Shown: positions 11,990 to 22,146 of the stretch, in pieces
Layout of the letters: each line of letters starts with the position of its first letter
Numbering within the stretch: position 1 is the stretch's first letter
Assembly (NCBI GenBank): GCA_000091205.1
Contig: AP006502.2
Length of the DNA: 64,000 nt
From: Cyanidioschyzon merolae
Lineage: Eukaryota
Reading direction: 5' to 3' (one strand)
Notes under the pieces: model-generated
What the model saw: the letters and a program-made list of their open reading frames with translations, nothing else
Told to the model about the DNA's origin: nothing
Database searches by the model: none
Made by a program: the position numbers and the translations under genes

Positions 11990-12350
11990 CAGCATGGCAT
12001 CAAGTACGGATTGTATGCTCCCTGAGGCCCCCATCTCTCCTGTTTGAATGGAAAAGTGTCTTCGACTCCGACTTGAGTCATCGGAGCGATCGCTTCCAGT
12101 GGAGCATGCGTCACGGCTTTGCATATAGGCGTATACACAGACAGAGAATTCTCGAGTTGTTTTGCAGCCTGGATTTTCCTTCCGGTGTATTCTTCATCAA
12201 GGACAAGACGGTACTCCGCAAATCATCTAGTAACTTGAATAGGATGCGCTTGCGTGTGCAGCAGGCAGCGTACCCGCCGAAAGGATCGCGCTGCTGTTGC
12301 CCGTGATCGTTGGTAACCGCAACAGGCGCGGAATCGGAGGCCAGCATCGA
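11990..12350 (-). repeat. Dispersed repeat family R copy. Minus-strand ORFs 12111..12347 and 11767..12138 carry the conserved THAPLEAIAPMTQV and GK-x-LQ segments.
   Basis: About 300 nt align at roughly 65-75% identity with 30040..30350 and with the 46830..47050 / 49550..49770 segments. Contains a GCGATCGC palindrome. Confidence 0.55.
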
Positions 12351-12966
12351 GCGGAGCCTCCTGTACCCGCCACAGGCACATGTGCCGGGCGATGGAGCAG
12401 GCGTTCACGCGCATCAGGGACGTCCCCGGAGGACGGATGTGCTCGACATGTGGGAACACCAAACACAGTCAAGTGTCACCGCTGCGATGAGCGCACCGAT
12501 GCTATATCAAGTGAAGATCCTGATGGCAAGCGACCAAAATTTGTCGGCGCTGCCTGAGCATGAATTGCGTCGTTAACAGCTGGAAGCAAAGAAATCGGTA
12601 CATGAACGCTGCCATCGCCATGCCCGGTTTTGTGACAAGTCAGCTTCAGGAACTAGAGAGTCCGACGTTTTGAGCCAGAGATACGAGAGCGAAACGGGTA
12701 ACAGTCGCAGCAGAAGCGAGTACAGGCGAGTGTTGATGACAGTGCGCGGAGACTCCAACCTCTTGTGTGCAGGCCCGAGTTAAGGACGTGAACCTGTCCC
12801 ACCATAGTCCGGTAGGGGTAGAGCACGGACGCAAGGACGTGCGTTCGTGGCAAGCAGGTTGGGCGTCTCGTCGAACGGTGCAAGTCTGCCGCGCGGAACG
12901 AGTGCGACCATTTCCAAGCGCCTCTTCCTTGCCGTTTCCCGCGAACGTCGTACGCGGGACGGCTGC

Positions 12967-12971
12967 CAAAA
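12967..12971 (-). terminator. Pol III oligo-T terminator (T5) immediately downstream of tRNA-Pro.
   Basis: ctgTTTTTgg on the tRNA strand, 14 nt after the discriminator base. Confidence 0.5.
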
Positions 12972-12984
12972 ACAGAATCGAACA

Positions 12985-13071
12985 GGGACTCACGGGGACT
13001 TGAACCCCGGACCTCTCGCACGTTCTTCGGTAACTCCCGAAGCGAGCATTCTACCCCTGAACTATGAGTCC
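12985..13071 (-). tRNA. tRNA-Pro (anticodon CGG) with a 15-nt intron 3' of anticodon position 37.
   Basis: The reverse complement folds as a cloverleaf. Acceptor GGACTCA/TGAGTCC, D arm GTTC-AGGGGTA-GAAT, anticodon stem CTCGC/GCGAG, T arm CGGGG-TTCAAGT-CCCCG, discriminator C. The loop is TTCGGG + intron AGTTACCGAAGAACG + T. The intron CCGAAG pairs with the anticodon-loop CTTCGG. A run of T5 follows the 3' end. Confidence 0.8.
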
Positions 13072-13807
13072 CGTTTGTTGCTGGCGCCTGCGATCCACCT
13101 GCATCAGCACATCGCGACCGCCGAACTGTAGCAATTATTTGCGATATTCTATATATAAATGGTTGCGCTACGAGCGATGGCGATTGCGCGCGATTTTTTG
13201 CGACACATGTGTATATTAAGGACAGATTCATGGGTGATGCTTACGGTATTTCACCTCAACGGGGTTCCACTCGCAGATGCGTGGAATCAAGAGTGGTTTC
13301 GTGCTTAACAGCAACCACGTTCGAAGCGCGTTCATTAGAAGAAATAGAAAACCCAAGGGAAAGAATCGTCATCGAAGCGGCGGATCGAAGAGGGTCGGTG
13401 TCGTCGGGGTTTGACAAGGAAACGAAATAATCCTCTCCTCGCCGACCATCGAGCAAGGGAGAGCTACTGACGAAGAAAAAGAATAGTGGGGATTGGCGAG
13501 CAAAACTTGTTCGCCGTAGAGGACGATGATGAGACTAGAGTGGCACAGAGGGCAAGTGTTTGAGAAATCCCTGGACTGATGCATTGTACCAGAGGCATTA
13601 AAGTCAAGGAGTTCATGAACAGTTACTTGAACGCCGAACGCAATATTACACGATGTAAGATGCTGAAGACGAGAACCGTGGAGCTGACGCGAGCATTTTT
13701 GGGGCGCAACCTCTCAGGCTCGAAGTGTACAAAGAGAAACTGAAAACGATTGCAGGACGCTGGTCGAAAAAGGCTGGCAGCCGTCTGCGGGCGGATATCA
13801 ATTTACC

Positions 13808-16348
13808 CTATGGTCGCGATATGTCTTCGCTCCGCGAAGCAAACAGGCACGGATCAACTGGCGGGTTACTGGAAAGCGCGTCCGCGAACGGATACCAGTT
13901 GCGCATGGCCGCTCTGGTTTCCTCAGAGACGTTCTCGGTTACCGCCACCGCCCAGGCCTCTTCAAAGTCGGACAGAAAAGGATGGACGCCTGCTTCGCAG
14001 AGTCGCAACACCCCGCGCTCTAAATATGCCTTATCGCCCGTTGCGGTGGCGAGCGCGGTGACGCTGGCCAAGTCAGTAGCCCCGCGTCGTTCAAAGAACT
14101 CGTGGCAAACTTTCTCAACATTGTTTCCGTGCAAAGTTTTCACGACCGCATCAAGTTCTGCTTGCGCAAGCTTCGCTGCAGACGACGACCCCCTGATGGA
14201 ACGTGACAGACGTACAAGCAGACGAATCGCCATCGGCGACAGCGTCTCGACCGTAGTGCTGCCCCGCAAAGCCGCAACGACCGCTCGGGCAGCGAGCGCA
14301 TAACGAGCACTCTCCACAGCGACTTGGAAAATGATATCCAAGAGCTCTTCTGATAGCTCGGAAGGCTGCGTGGCCTTGAGTATTAACGGAAGCGTCAGCT
14401 TTTCCGCCTCCTCCAGAGGTGCCGCGCGGCTGATGAGCATTGTTCCGTCGGGGTCGGTCTCCATCCAACCGGGAGTGCGCGGACGGCGAGATGCTCGTTT
14501 CGCTGTGGAGGTCTCATTGGTGGACGCGCTTGTGGTAATGGCACCCGCATGAACGCGGAGCCGTTCCAGACGTGCTGTAATGTCCGCGCGATTGCGATGC
14601 AACGCAAGGTAGCAACGTGCAGCGCCGCGCACTGCGCGTTGGTAGTACTCATGCTGATGAAGACGATCTTCCCAGCGAATGAGATCCACATAGGCTGCGA
14701 TCGTGGATTTCCGTAGACAGTACGCATGAAAGTCGTACTCATCTTCGCGAAAGTCTGTGAAATGCCGCAGAACTGCCGTGTAGTATTTCAGCGCACGATC
14801 GATGCGGCCTTGTGCAAGCGCTGCATCCGCGTAAGCTAGTTCGAACCACATGACCTGCAAATTGTACAGCGCTTGAACAGGAGGTGCCTCTCCATCATGT
14901 GTGAACATCAAAATCAGCTCCATGGCACGATCAGGTATGCCGGCTAGCAATGCGTACTCAGCTGCGAGTGAGTTCAGTGCGCGATCACGCACGTCCAGGG
15001 ATCGTGCTCGCTCTGCTGCCTCGTAAGCGCGGCGATATGCTCCAACAGACCGCCAGATCCGCGCTATCGCGGCTCTGCATTCAGGCGAGTCGGTGAACTG
15101 TTCTAGAAAGGCGATAGCGCGTTCAGGGTCGCGCGATACCCGCATACAGTGTTCTGCGGCGAAAATCGCGGTCGCCTCATTATGAACCGCAGCTGGGACG
15201 TTACCGATCAGTTCGAGAAATACCTCGTCGATGACGCGCTTCTTCGCATCATCCTTGTAAAAATTTTCTAGGATGCGAGCGAAACTAGGAACCTGGGCGA
15301 TTTCCAGAAAATGATGCATGAGCTCTTTGACTCTTTTTCGGAATTCATCGCAGGATCCCTCCAGGTGGCGAAGCGCTCCTAGCGCGCAACCTAGCACAGG
15401 CGCCTCGTCAGGGGTGAAGCACTCTTCGCCGGCGCTGTCGCAAAGTTCCCTCGGGACTGCATCATACAGAGCCACAACATCCCGGCCCGTCGTATCGTTT
15501 CGCACAATACCCTCGAGGTACTCCGCATTACTCGGATTTCGGCGCAAGAGTTGCCAGTAACACCTGTGGGCTCGCTCATGATCCCCGATCCGCTCCGCTA
15601 TACGCGCAGCGGTGTGGAGCGCGAACGTACGATCGAGGATTTTTCCCTCCTGAATGCAAGTCTCGGCGTACTTGAGGGCTTCCTCACGCATATCCGCCTC
15701 TTCCAGCAATCTCAGGCGGTACTCGTACGCAAGCGAGGCTTCGGAGATGTTTGATCCCTCTGTGCCGAGCTGGTATTTGGCTGCGATGCGTTCCCATGCA
15801 TCCAGAACCCGTAACGCTTCCTCGTGACGGCCCAGCAGGTGGTTTGCAACGGCAAGTCCCAGCCAGTTTAGACGCAGCGTCGGCCGCTGCTGAAGCATTT
15901 GCTCGCGAGTTCGGAGGAGCCCCTCAAAGTCCCGAATGTGCGCCTGAAGCGGAGATAGTTCGCGCAGCAGTTGCGCATTATTAGGGTCCAACCGGAGCGC
16001 CTGCTGGTACGCCTTGGCTGCCTCCTTGTACTCTCGGTCGTGTCTGTGAAGAAGTCCTAAAATATGCCACGCAACTTGGGACCGAATATCTTGCCGGAGG
16101 CCGCGCCTGGCGAGCTCGTAGGCCTCGTCGCGTTGATCCAACGCTCGCAAGATGAGACCTTTCATCGCGAGTGTCTCTCCGTGGTCGGGCACTGCACGCA
16201 AGATCTGGTCAGCGATCTTGTTTGCCTTTTTGTACTGCTTGATTTCATAAAGTCGAAACATTTGTTTGAACAGCGACTGCTCCTTTGTGGGCAGCGACGG
16301 CTTCCGCCCCTGCGCTGACCCAGCACCCGCGGCAGACACCGGAGCCAT
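13808..16348 (-). CDS. NAA15: N-alpha-acetyltransferase 15, NatA auxiliary subunit (TPR protein).
   Basis: 846-aa uninterrupted ORF with ATG start. The N-terminus KEQSLFKQMFRLYEIKQYKKANKIADQIL...GETLAMKGLILRALDQRDEAYELARRGLRQDIRSQVAWHILGLL is highly similar to NAA15/Nat1. Confidence 0.85.
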   Translation of the reverse strand: MAPVSAAGAGSAQGRKPSLPTKEQSLFKQMFRLYEIKQYKKANKIADQILRAVPDHGETLAMKGLILRALDQRDEAYELARRGLRQDIRSQVAWHILGLLHRHDREYKEAAKAYQQALRLDPNNAQLLRELSPLQAHIRDFEGLLRTREQMLQQRPTLRLNWLGLAVANHLLGRHEEALRVLDAWERIAAKYQLGTEGSNISEASLAYEYRLRLLEEADMREEALKYAETCIQEGKILDRTFALHTAARIAERIGDHERAHRCYWQLLRRNPSNAEYLEGIVRNDTTGRDVVALYDAVPRELCDSAGEECFTPDEAPVLGCALGALRHLEGSCDEFRKRVKELMHHFLEIAQVPSFARILENFYKDDAKKRVIDEVFLELIGNVPAAVHNEATAIFAAEHCMRVSRDPERAIAFLEQFTDSPECRAAIARIWRSVGAYRRAYEAAERARSLDVRDRALNSLAAEYALLAGIPDRAMELILMFTHDGEAPPVQALYNLQVMWFELAYADAALAQGRIDRALKYYTAVLRHFTDFREDEYDFHAYCLRKSTIAAYVDLIRWEDRLHQHEYYQRAVRGAARCYLALHRNRADITARLERLRVHAGAITTSASTNETSTAKRASRRPRTPGWMETDPDGTMLISRAAPLEEAEKLTLPLILKATQPSELSEELLDIIFQVAVESARYALAARAVVAALRGSTTVETLSPMAIRLLVRLSRSIRGSSSAAKLAQAELDAVVKTLHGNNVEKVCHEFFERRGATDLASVTALATATGDKAYLERGVLRLCEAGVHPFLSDFEEAWAVAVTENVSEETRAAMRNWYPFADALSSNPPVDPCLFASRSEDISRP

Positions 16349-16545
16349 CCGCTGTGAGTGTCGTGCTCGTACTCCAACAGTTGATCACGTCCTCTGTAAG
16401 TAATACTCAAGATTCTTCCCCGAAGAAAATCATGAACAGAGCGCTGATCACTGGACGTTAGAAACTTGATCTTGTCAGTAAGCAGGGACGTGCGTAGAGC
16501 CTATCGCGCTCTGCTAGGGTACGGAATTCTCGGCAGACGCCCCGA

Positions 16546-16700
16546 TCAGATGATGGCGTCGATACCCTGAGACACCCACATGTCCATATTGTCGCATTTA
16601 TTGTTCGAGGCCAGGCCGCCGTCGATGCTTGTACCATGGGCGAAGACCGCCTCAGCGGTATCGCGAATTCGGTGATCCCCGGTTCGTGTAAGAGAGACGC
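16546..16700 (-). CDS. Possible 3' exon or fragment of a short-chain dehydrogenase/reductase-like gene (uncertain).
   Basis: The minus-strand translation ...TAEAVFAHGTSIDGGLASNNK...* resembles an SDR C-terminus (G-x-x-hxVDGG). No continuous upstream ORF, so either intron-containing or degenerate. Confidence 0.25.
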
Positions 16701-18087
16701 TGTACGCCCGCAATGCTCGTCATCCGCAGCCTCGATGTTTACGCGCTGTGAAACCGCTGTCCATCACCAATGATCGTAGGCGATTCGCAGATAGGTCGCT
16801 GTGCGTGTGGATCCGCTGCACTCGGCCCGAGTTGATGCGCTCGTCCCGACCACCCCAGGTCGATAGCTTCAAGGGCTGCAGCGCAGTCCAGTGGCTTTTG
16901 GTTGTTGTTGGAACGGGCCGTTTCAGCGCTACGCTGCGATGTAATCGAGCACCACTGCATAGCGAGACGCGAGGCAATACGGGCTCCTTGCATGAAAAGG
17001 TTTAGGCGCATGGGTATAGCGATCTCCGTTTGTGGACCTGTGCATACACCCATGGATTCATGGAAGCAGGTATGAATGAGGTGCCGGCCGCGACCTATGC
17101 GGAGGAGCAAAAATTTTTGCGCACTGGTCTGGGCTCTGCGGTCGTTTCGCTGCATGTATTTCGTCGTGTTGCAGTGGTAGCATGCAACGCGCCGTTTCTT
17201 TTAAAGCTCGTCAAACTCAGTATAAGTCGAAATTGTTCCAACAGAATCGCCTCAAGTCGCCGTGCATTCCGGCCGTTTGTATCGAATGCCAGTACGATAT
17301 ATGTACGCGTCGTCCGTGAGCATTTGCATCCAAGCCACAGATGGATTGTGCTTCAGGCTTGGCATTGGATTACGCAGCAAGATAGCACACGAGAAGCCAT
17401 TTCAGCTGCTAGGAATCGACCGAGCCCCGCAGCTCGTCAAGTGCTTGCATTTCGCGTGCGCAATGAGCCATCATAAAAGGTGCCGAGATATCTGGCGCAT
17501 AGGCAGCCTCGCATGCCCAGTAGCGACATTGAAAAAATACCAGCGGGCCTGTGATCACCTCCCAGATGCCTTCCAGACTCGTATTCGCGGCCGCAACATC
17601 AGTGGCCTCCGCGAACAGAAAATGGAACAAGCGCAAAACAGTTCGATGACCGGGCTCCCATACAGCCTCGCAGAATCACGTCCATGCGGAGGAGCACCTG
17701 CCACAAGAGCATTTCGCCACAGGGGCAGCTCACATTCGACTTGCAGTGCTATTTGAGCCATTTGGGGGTCGTTGAGCCCCAACACCTCCGTGCATCGAGA
17801 CCCAGGTTTGAGCAGTTGCACTGGCAACTGAACGTCGACGCGGCGATCGGCGCCAGCGGATGCCACGGGATGCGACGCGCCCGCAGATGCGCATCTGCGA
17901 GAGGCGGTGCACTCGGCTTGAAACCCCGCAGTCTACATATGCAACAACCTCTCCTCCATGTTGTGCTTGATTCGGGGACAGCATACATTCTGGAACCGCA
18001 CCTCAGTGTGCCCAGAACTTTACTGTAGCACAGGACTCTGTGAAACGCTCACAGTACAATCCTCGACTCAGAGGGCTCGTTCGAAAT

Positions 18088-19500
18088 ATGGCGCCGGCTC
18101 TCTCGGTAGTCGCAGTTTGGCGAGCAGTCGAGTTTCTGTTGCGCTTGAATTATCAGCGTTTCGAGGGAGCGCTGTCTGAACGATACGCATGCTTGGAGGC
18201 TGCTGCGTCAGTAATCGAAATACGTACTGTGGCTCTTCGTTCGCTCGATGGGTCGTACGCGAAAACCTCGTCCGAGGTAAGCCCAAGAGCACCGGAGAGG
18301 ACGCGGCTTCTGCAGGTACGCATCTTTGAACACGCCGCTCGATCGATGCAGCAACGGCTTCGAACTGGAGACCGTGCCCGTGACACTCTCGGAGTGGTGC
18401 TGCTGGTGCACGGCCTATCGCCTTCGGGAAACCGGGATGCGCGCATGGAGGCGGTTGCGCGAGCTTTGGCGAGTCTGGGGTTTACTGCAGTTATCCCCGA
18501 CTTTGTCGAGTTTCGAGAGTGTCGTATGGGCCAGCAAACACTCGATGAAATCGCTTGGGCAGTCGTCGCCGTTGCGAAGGCTTTCCATCAGGAATCTATT
18601 AGTTTGTTCGCGGCATGCGTCGCGGCAGGTTATACGCTTTGCGCTGTTTTGGGTAGTGGCGAACACATCCGACAACGGGTTCGAACGATCATGTGCATTG
18701 GCCCGTACGCCGAAGTTGAAGCGATGGTCTGGTGCGCCATGTCCAGCGACTCTGCCGATGACTACGGTCGGAATGCGATCTTCTACAATTTTCTTCAGTA
18801 TTCTTCGCTGATCTCGGAAATCGAGCATGCAGGTAACGCAGCCAACGGACATGGATGGATGTCGCAGCTACTCCATGCGCTTCGTCTCGCTTTGGAAGAC
18901 TCGCATTTCCTCCGAGGGAGCACGGAGGCAGCGATGCTACCCAAGTATTTCAAAGAGCTGCGGGATCGGGTACCACATAGTTTCGACACTGCAAACGACG
19001 CTTCTGAAGATGCTTCGAGTACGAGGACAAGTCACGTTCAGAGAGTTTTCGAACGGTTCCAACTTGACAAAGAGTTTCGAGAGCTGCACACGAAGGCGAT
19101 GCTCTCGCATCCGGCAGTGCAAAAGTTGATCGCGTCCTGCCAACCGATACGAGTCGTTTCCCGGGAACCTATCGATTTTCCCATCCTTCTTTTGCACGGC
19201 GAATGTGATAATATTGTTCCCTGTCGGGAAAGCCGCAGGCTTTTCTGCGCTATGATGCACAACAAGCTCTGTACGGTGAAGCCCCTTATTGAGATAACCT
19301 CGCTCCTCAATCACGGCGACCGCCAGCGTCTGAACTGGTTCACAGACACGCCGCAAATTATCCGCCTTATTCGTCTGTTTGCGCAGTTTTTCACCTGGGC
19401 TGCACAGCCGCGAATTTCTGTTCCGCAGTCGCATTCGAGCTCTGCGAAGAACCGTACAGAGTCACGTTTGCTGCAACCGCGCATCATCCGATCGCGTTGA
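18088..19500 (+). CDS. Putative alpha/beta-hydrolase-fold protein. The ORF is open from 18040 (GTG); the first ATG is at 18088.
   Basis: 486-aa ORF. VLLVHGLSPSGNRD...GFTAVIPDF and LLLHGECDNIVP are reminiscent of alpha/beta hydrolases. No canonical GxSxG motif was seen. Confidence 0.4.
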   Translation: MAPALSVVAVWRAVEFLLRLNYQRFEGALSERYACLEAAASVIEIRTVALRSLDGSYAKTSSEVSPRAPERTRLLQVRIFEHAARSMQQRLRTGDRARDTLGVVLLVHGLSPSGNRDARMEAVARALASLGFTAVIPDFVEFRECRMGQQTLDEIAWAVVAVAKAFHQESISLFAACVAAGYTLCAVLGSGEHIRQRVRTIMCIGPYAEVEAMVWCAMSSDSADDYGRNAIFYNFLQYSSLISEIEHAGNAANGHGWMSQLLHALRLALEDSHFLRGSTEAAMLPKYFKELRDRVPHSFDTANDASEDASSTRTSHVQRVFERFQLDKEFRELHTKAMLSHPAVQKLIASCQPIRVVSREPIDFPILLLHGECDNIVPCRESRRLFCAMMHNKLCTVKPLIEITSLLNHGDRQRLNWFTDTPQIIRLIRLFAQFFTWAAQPRISVPQSHSSSAKNRTESRLLQPRIIRSR

Positions 19501-20660
19501 AGCGCAGCGTCGCTTTCCCACGGCGAATCGCTCCTCTTGCATAATGAAGAACTGCACGACACAGAATGCTTTCGCACAGAACAGCTTCTGGAAAACCGAC
19601 TCCATGCGATGGAGTCAGACACTTTCGTTATTCCCTAAAATACAGGGTTTGCAACTATGTCATGCGTTATCCATCCGAGCTCGTTTCTGGGTCATGGAGC
19701 CGAATCCTGCCCGTGTATTCACCACATACCCGAGACAAGTGCCGTCAGCGCTAGCTCCCGGATGCTAACGAACCACGGATTGTTGGCGCGTTTCATTGCT
19801 CACAAAGGAAGCCCGTCAGCAGATGATGCCCGATGCGTATCGAAAGCGCCTCGTCCATCCCGGCCTGTGTCGAAATCGATTCGCATATTGTGCCATTAGC
19901 AGAGCAGTTTCCGCTGCCCACTTCCCCGACAAACATGCTCCGTAATGAGGCAGATGTGCGTGCATCGCTAGCGACTCGAGCGCGTCTCGCAGCTTTCGCT
20001 GTCCACACATCAACAAGGCGCCCCAGCACCGGGGCTGCTCCGCAGGTCACCACAGGGCTCTGCGGTCGCTTGTGGAACCCTTGTTCTGAACCTCGCTTCC
20101 ATTGAAACCACAGCGAGCACCCGAAAATACCCAAAACATTTCACAAATGAATAGAGGTCCGCGGCGATAGTGTCACCGCCAGGTCGCTACGAGTAGAAGC
20201 GGCTACGCTGCAACACAAGCGAGACTCCGTCGAGAGCTGCACGCCACGGCCCTGAGGAAATAGTCGGAGACAGACGCCACTAACAGGCACTTCGAATACT
20301 GGAAATCTTGTCGATCCATGCCACATTTACGCCTAGAAAACATCAGAAGCAGTTAACGAGTGAGCACATGGTATGTAACCGGTGCTTGGTGCTTGCACGC
20401 GTTTCGCCTGTATGTTGCAGTGAAGCGCGGCAACGCCGTGCGTGCATCCAACTGCTAATTCTGATCAGTCTCTATGAGACGCTTCCAGGCGAGGCCTATG
20501 TTGCATCCCGTAGGGCGCCCCGCTGGATGCCATGAATGCCGACGCGTGAACGTCCCTGAATCCAGCCCGAGGGCTTCGTCTGCACCTACCGTTTTGATCC
20601 AGAAGAACCCTGGACACATTCTCGAGTGCGGCATCGGAACCAAGATCCGACTGCGCCGCG

Positions 20661-21119
20661 TCAGAATACTATAGAACACTGGGCTGCTCGCTCTGTTCCT
20701 GCCTTGCGATATGTTTCCAAACCTTTTCGATATACAGTCTCGACATTCACATTGTGGTAAGCGCGGATGACGGATTCATGTGCAATGCTAGGATTCATGG
20801 TCATGTTTTCGAAGTGGCTGATTCGGCGCTTTGCAGCTGGGATTCGTTCTGTAACCAGAATCGTGATGAGCCGCAAACCCATCGAACACGAGTTCCTAAA
20901 ATAACCGATATCGTTCGCCAATACATATGTTTGTGCATCCATGCTCCTGCTCTCCGCATATATAGCATGCTCGGATACAGCATTCTTCAACTGTTCGATC
21001 TTTCCGTTCCGTGGTAACTTTTGGGAAGCAGGTAGCAGTGCGCAACATTGTGTAGAGGTGAAAGTATACTCGACTTGGTCGCTGGACGACATCCGCACAA
21101 GCGTATCTGGAAAGTTCAT
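20661..21119 (-). CDS. Hypothetical protein (152 aa, ATG start), no recognisable domain.
   Basis: ORF only. Confidence 0.2.
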   Translation of the reverse strand: MNFPDTLVRMSSSDQVEYTFTSTQCCALLPASQKLPRNGKIEQLKNAVSEHAIYAESRSMDAQTYVLANDIGYFRNSCSMGLRLITILVTERIPAAKRRISHFENMTMNPSIAHESVIRAYHNVNVETVYRKGLETYRKAGTERAAQCSIVF

Positions 21120-22146
21120 TCACTGACCTTGTCACGGCACATGAAAGACTCCTTTCGAAAGTCAAATATGCCTCTCTTCGGCGCCAGCGACGAACCGGCA
21201 TTCGGCAGAAGCATTGTACCGCTAGGGCACGATGCTCTTAAAGGATTTCGCCTTCCCCATTTCCATGAAACATGGTCTTGGACTCGGAGCCCAGTCGTCT
21301 CTCCCATCGCTGCTAGTGTAGAATGCGCCACTGTTTAGAAGAAGAGTGCGTTGATGGATGGAAGTTTCTTGACTTTTCATGCAGCATGGATATTCAGTGT
21401 GGTACTTGTGCCATCATGCACATCAACGTGTCCCGCAGATCCTCTATCGACTGGAAGAAAGTGCGCTTGTAAATGCAGCGGATAGCGTACTCGGGGCAGG
21501 TATCGCGCCGAAGAAGCCTGTGAGCTTCGGTATGGAACCGGGCACGGAAACGGTGCAGGACACCGAGGCGAGCCTTCTGTGCCCGTCATAGGCGTGCGCC
21601 GAATGATAAACCAAAAGCTCGCGTGCCACAGGGCGACTCTCTCAGAGAATAGGGTGCGATGGACCTAAATGAGTACCTGACTATATTCAAGTGTGATAGC
21701 TGCGAATAACGCACCGAGGCTGCATGCATAGGAGATGACAATGGAAAGCGATGCCTAGATATCAACTACTGTCTGTGCATCAAATGCAGCGACAAAAGCC
21801 GGAAGCAGCGAAATCAGGAACTGAACGCAGCCACCAACAACGTTCGAATCGTGACAACGGAGCTGAAGACAAGGGCAGACCGACGAACGTAAAGCCGGAG
21901 ATAAGACAAAGGAAAACGAAGCCGTCCCAGATAAAGCTCGCAAAGGCTGGTCGTCATGACATGAGGAAAAGACCCAAACTTTACGGTGTACGCTCGTGTT
22001 CGCAAAGTGGGCCCGCTCCATTTCATTCTGATAGGGGTGCAAGCGACCTCTGGTCCAGACCTGAGGCAGATGCGCGCGATTGCCAGACTGCGTCTCATGA
22101 ACGCAGCGTATTGACTGTGGACGTCAGCGCACGTCAAGCTCCGCTC

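Noticed and set aside
13808-16348. Large TPR protein as a possible defence or signalling scaffold.
   Set aside because: Clear orthology to the housekeeping NatA auxiliary subunit NAA15.
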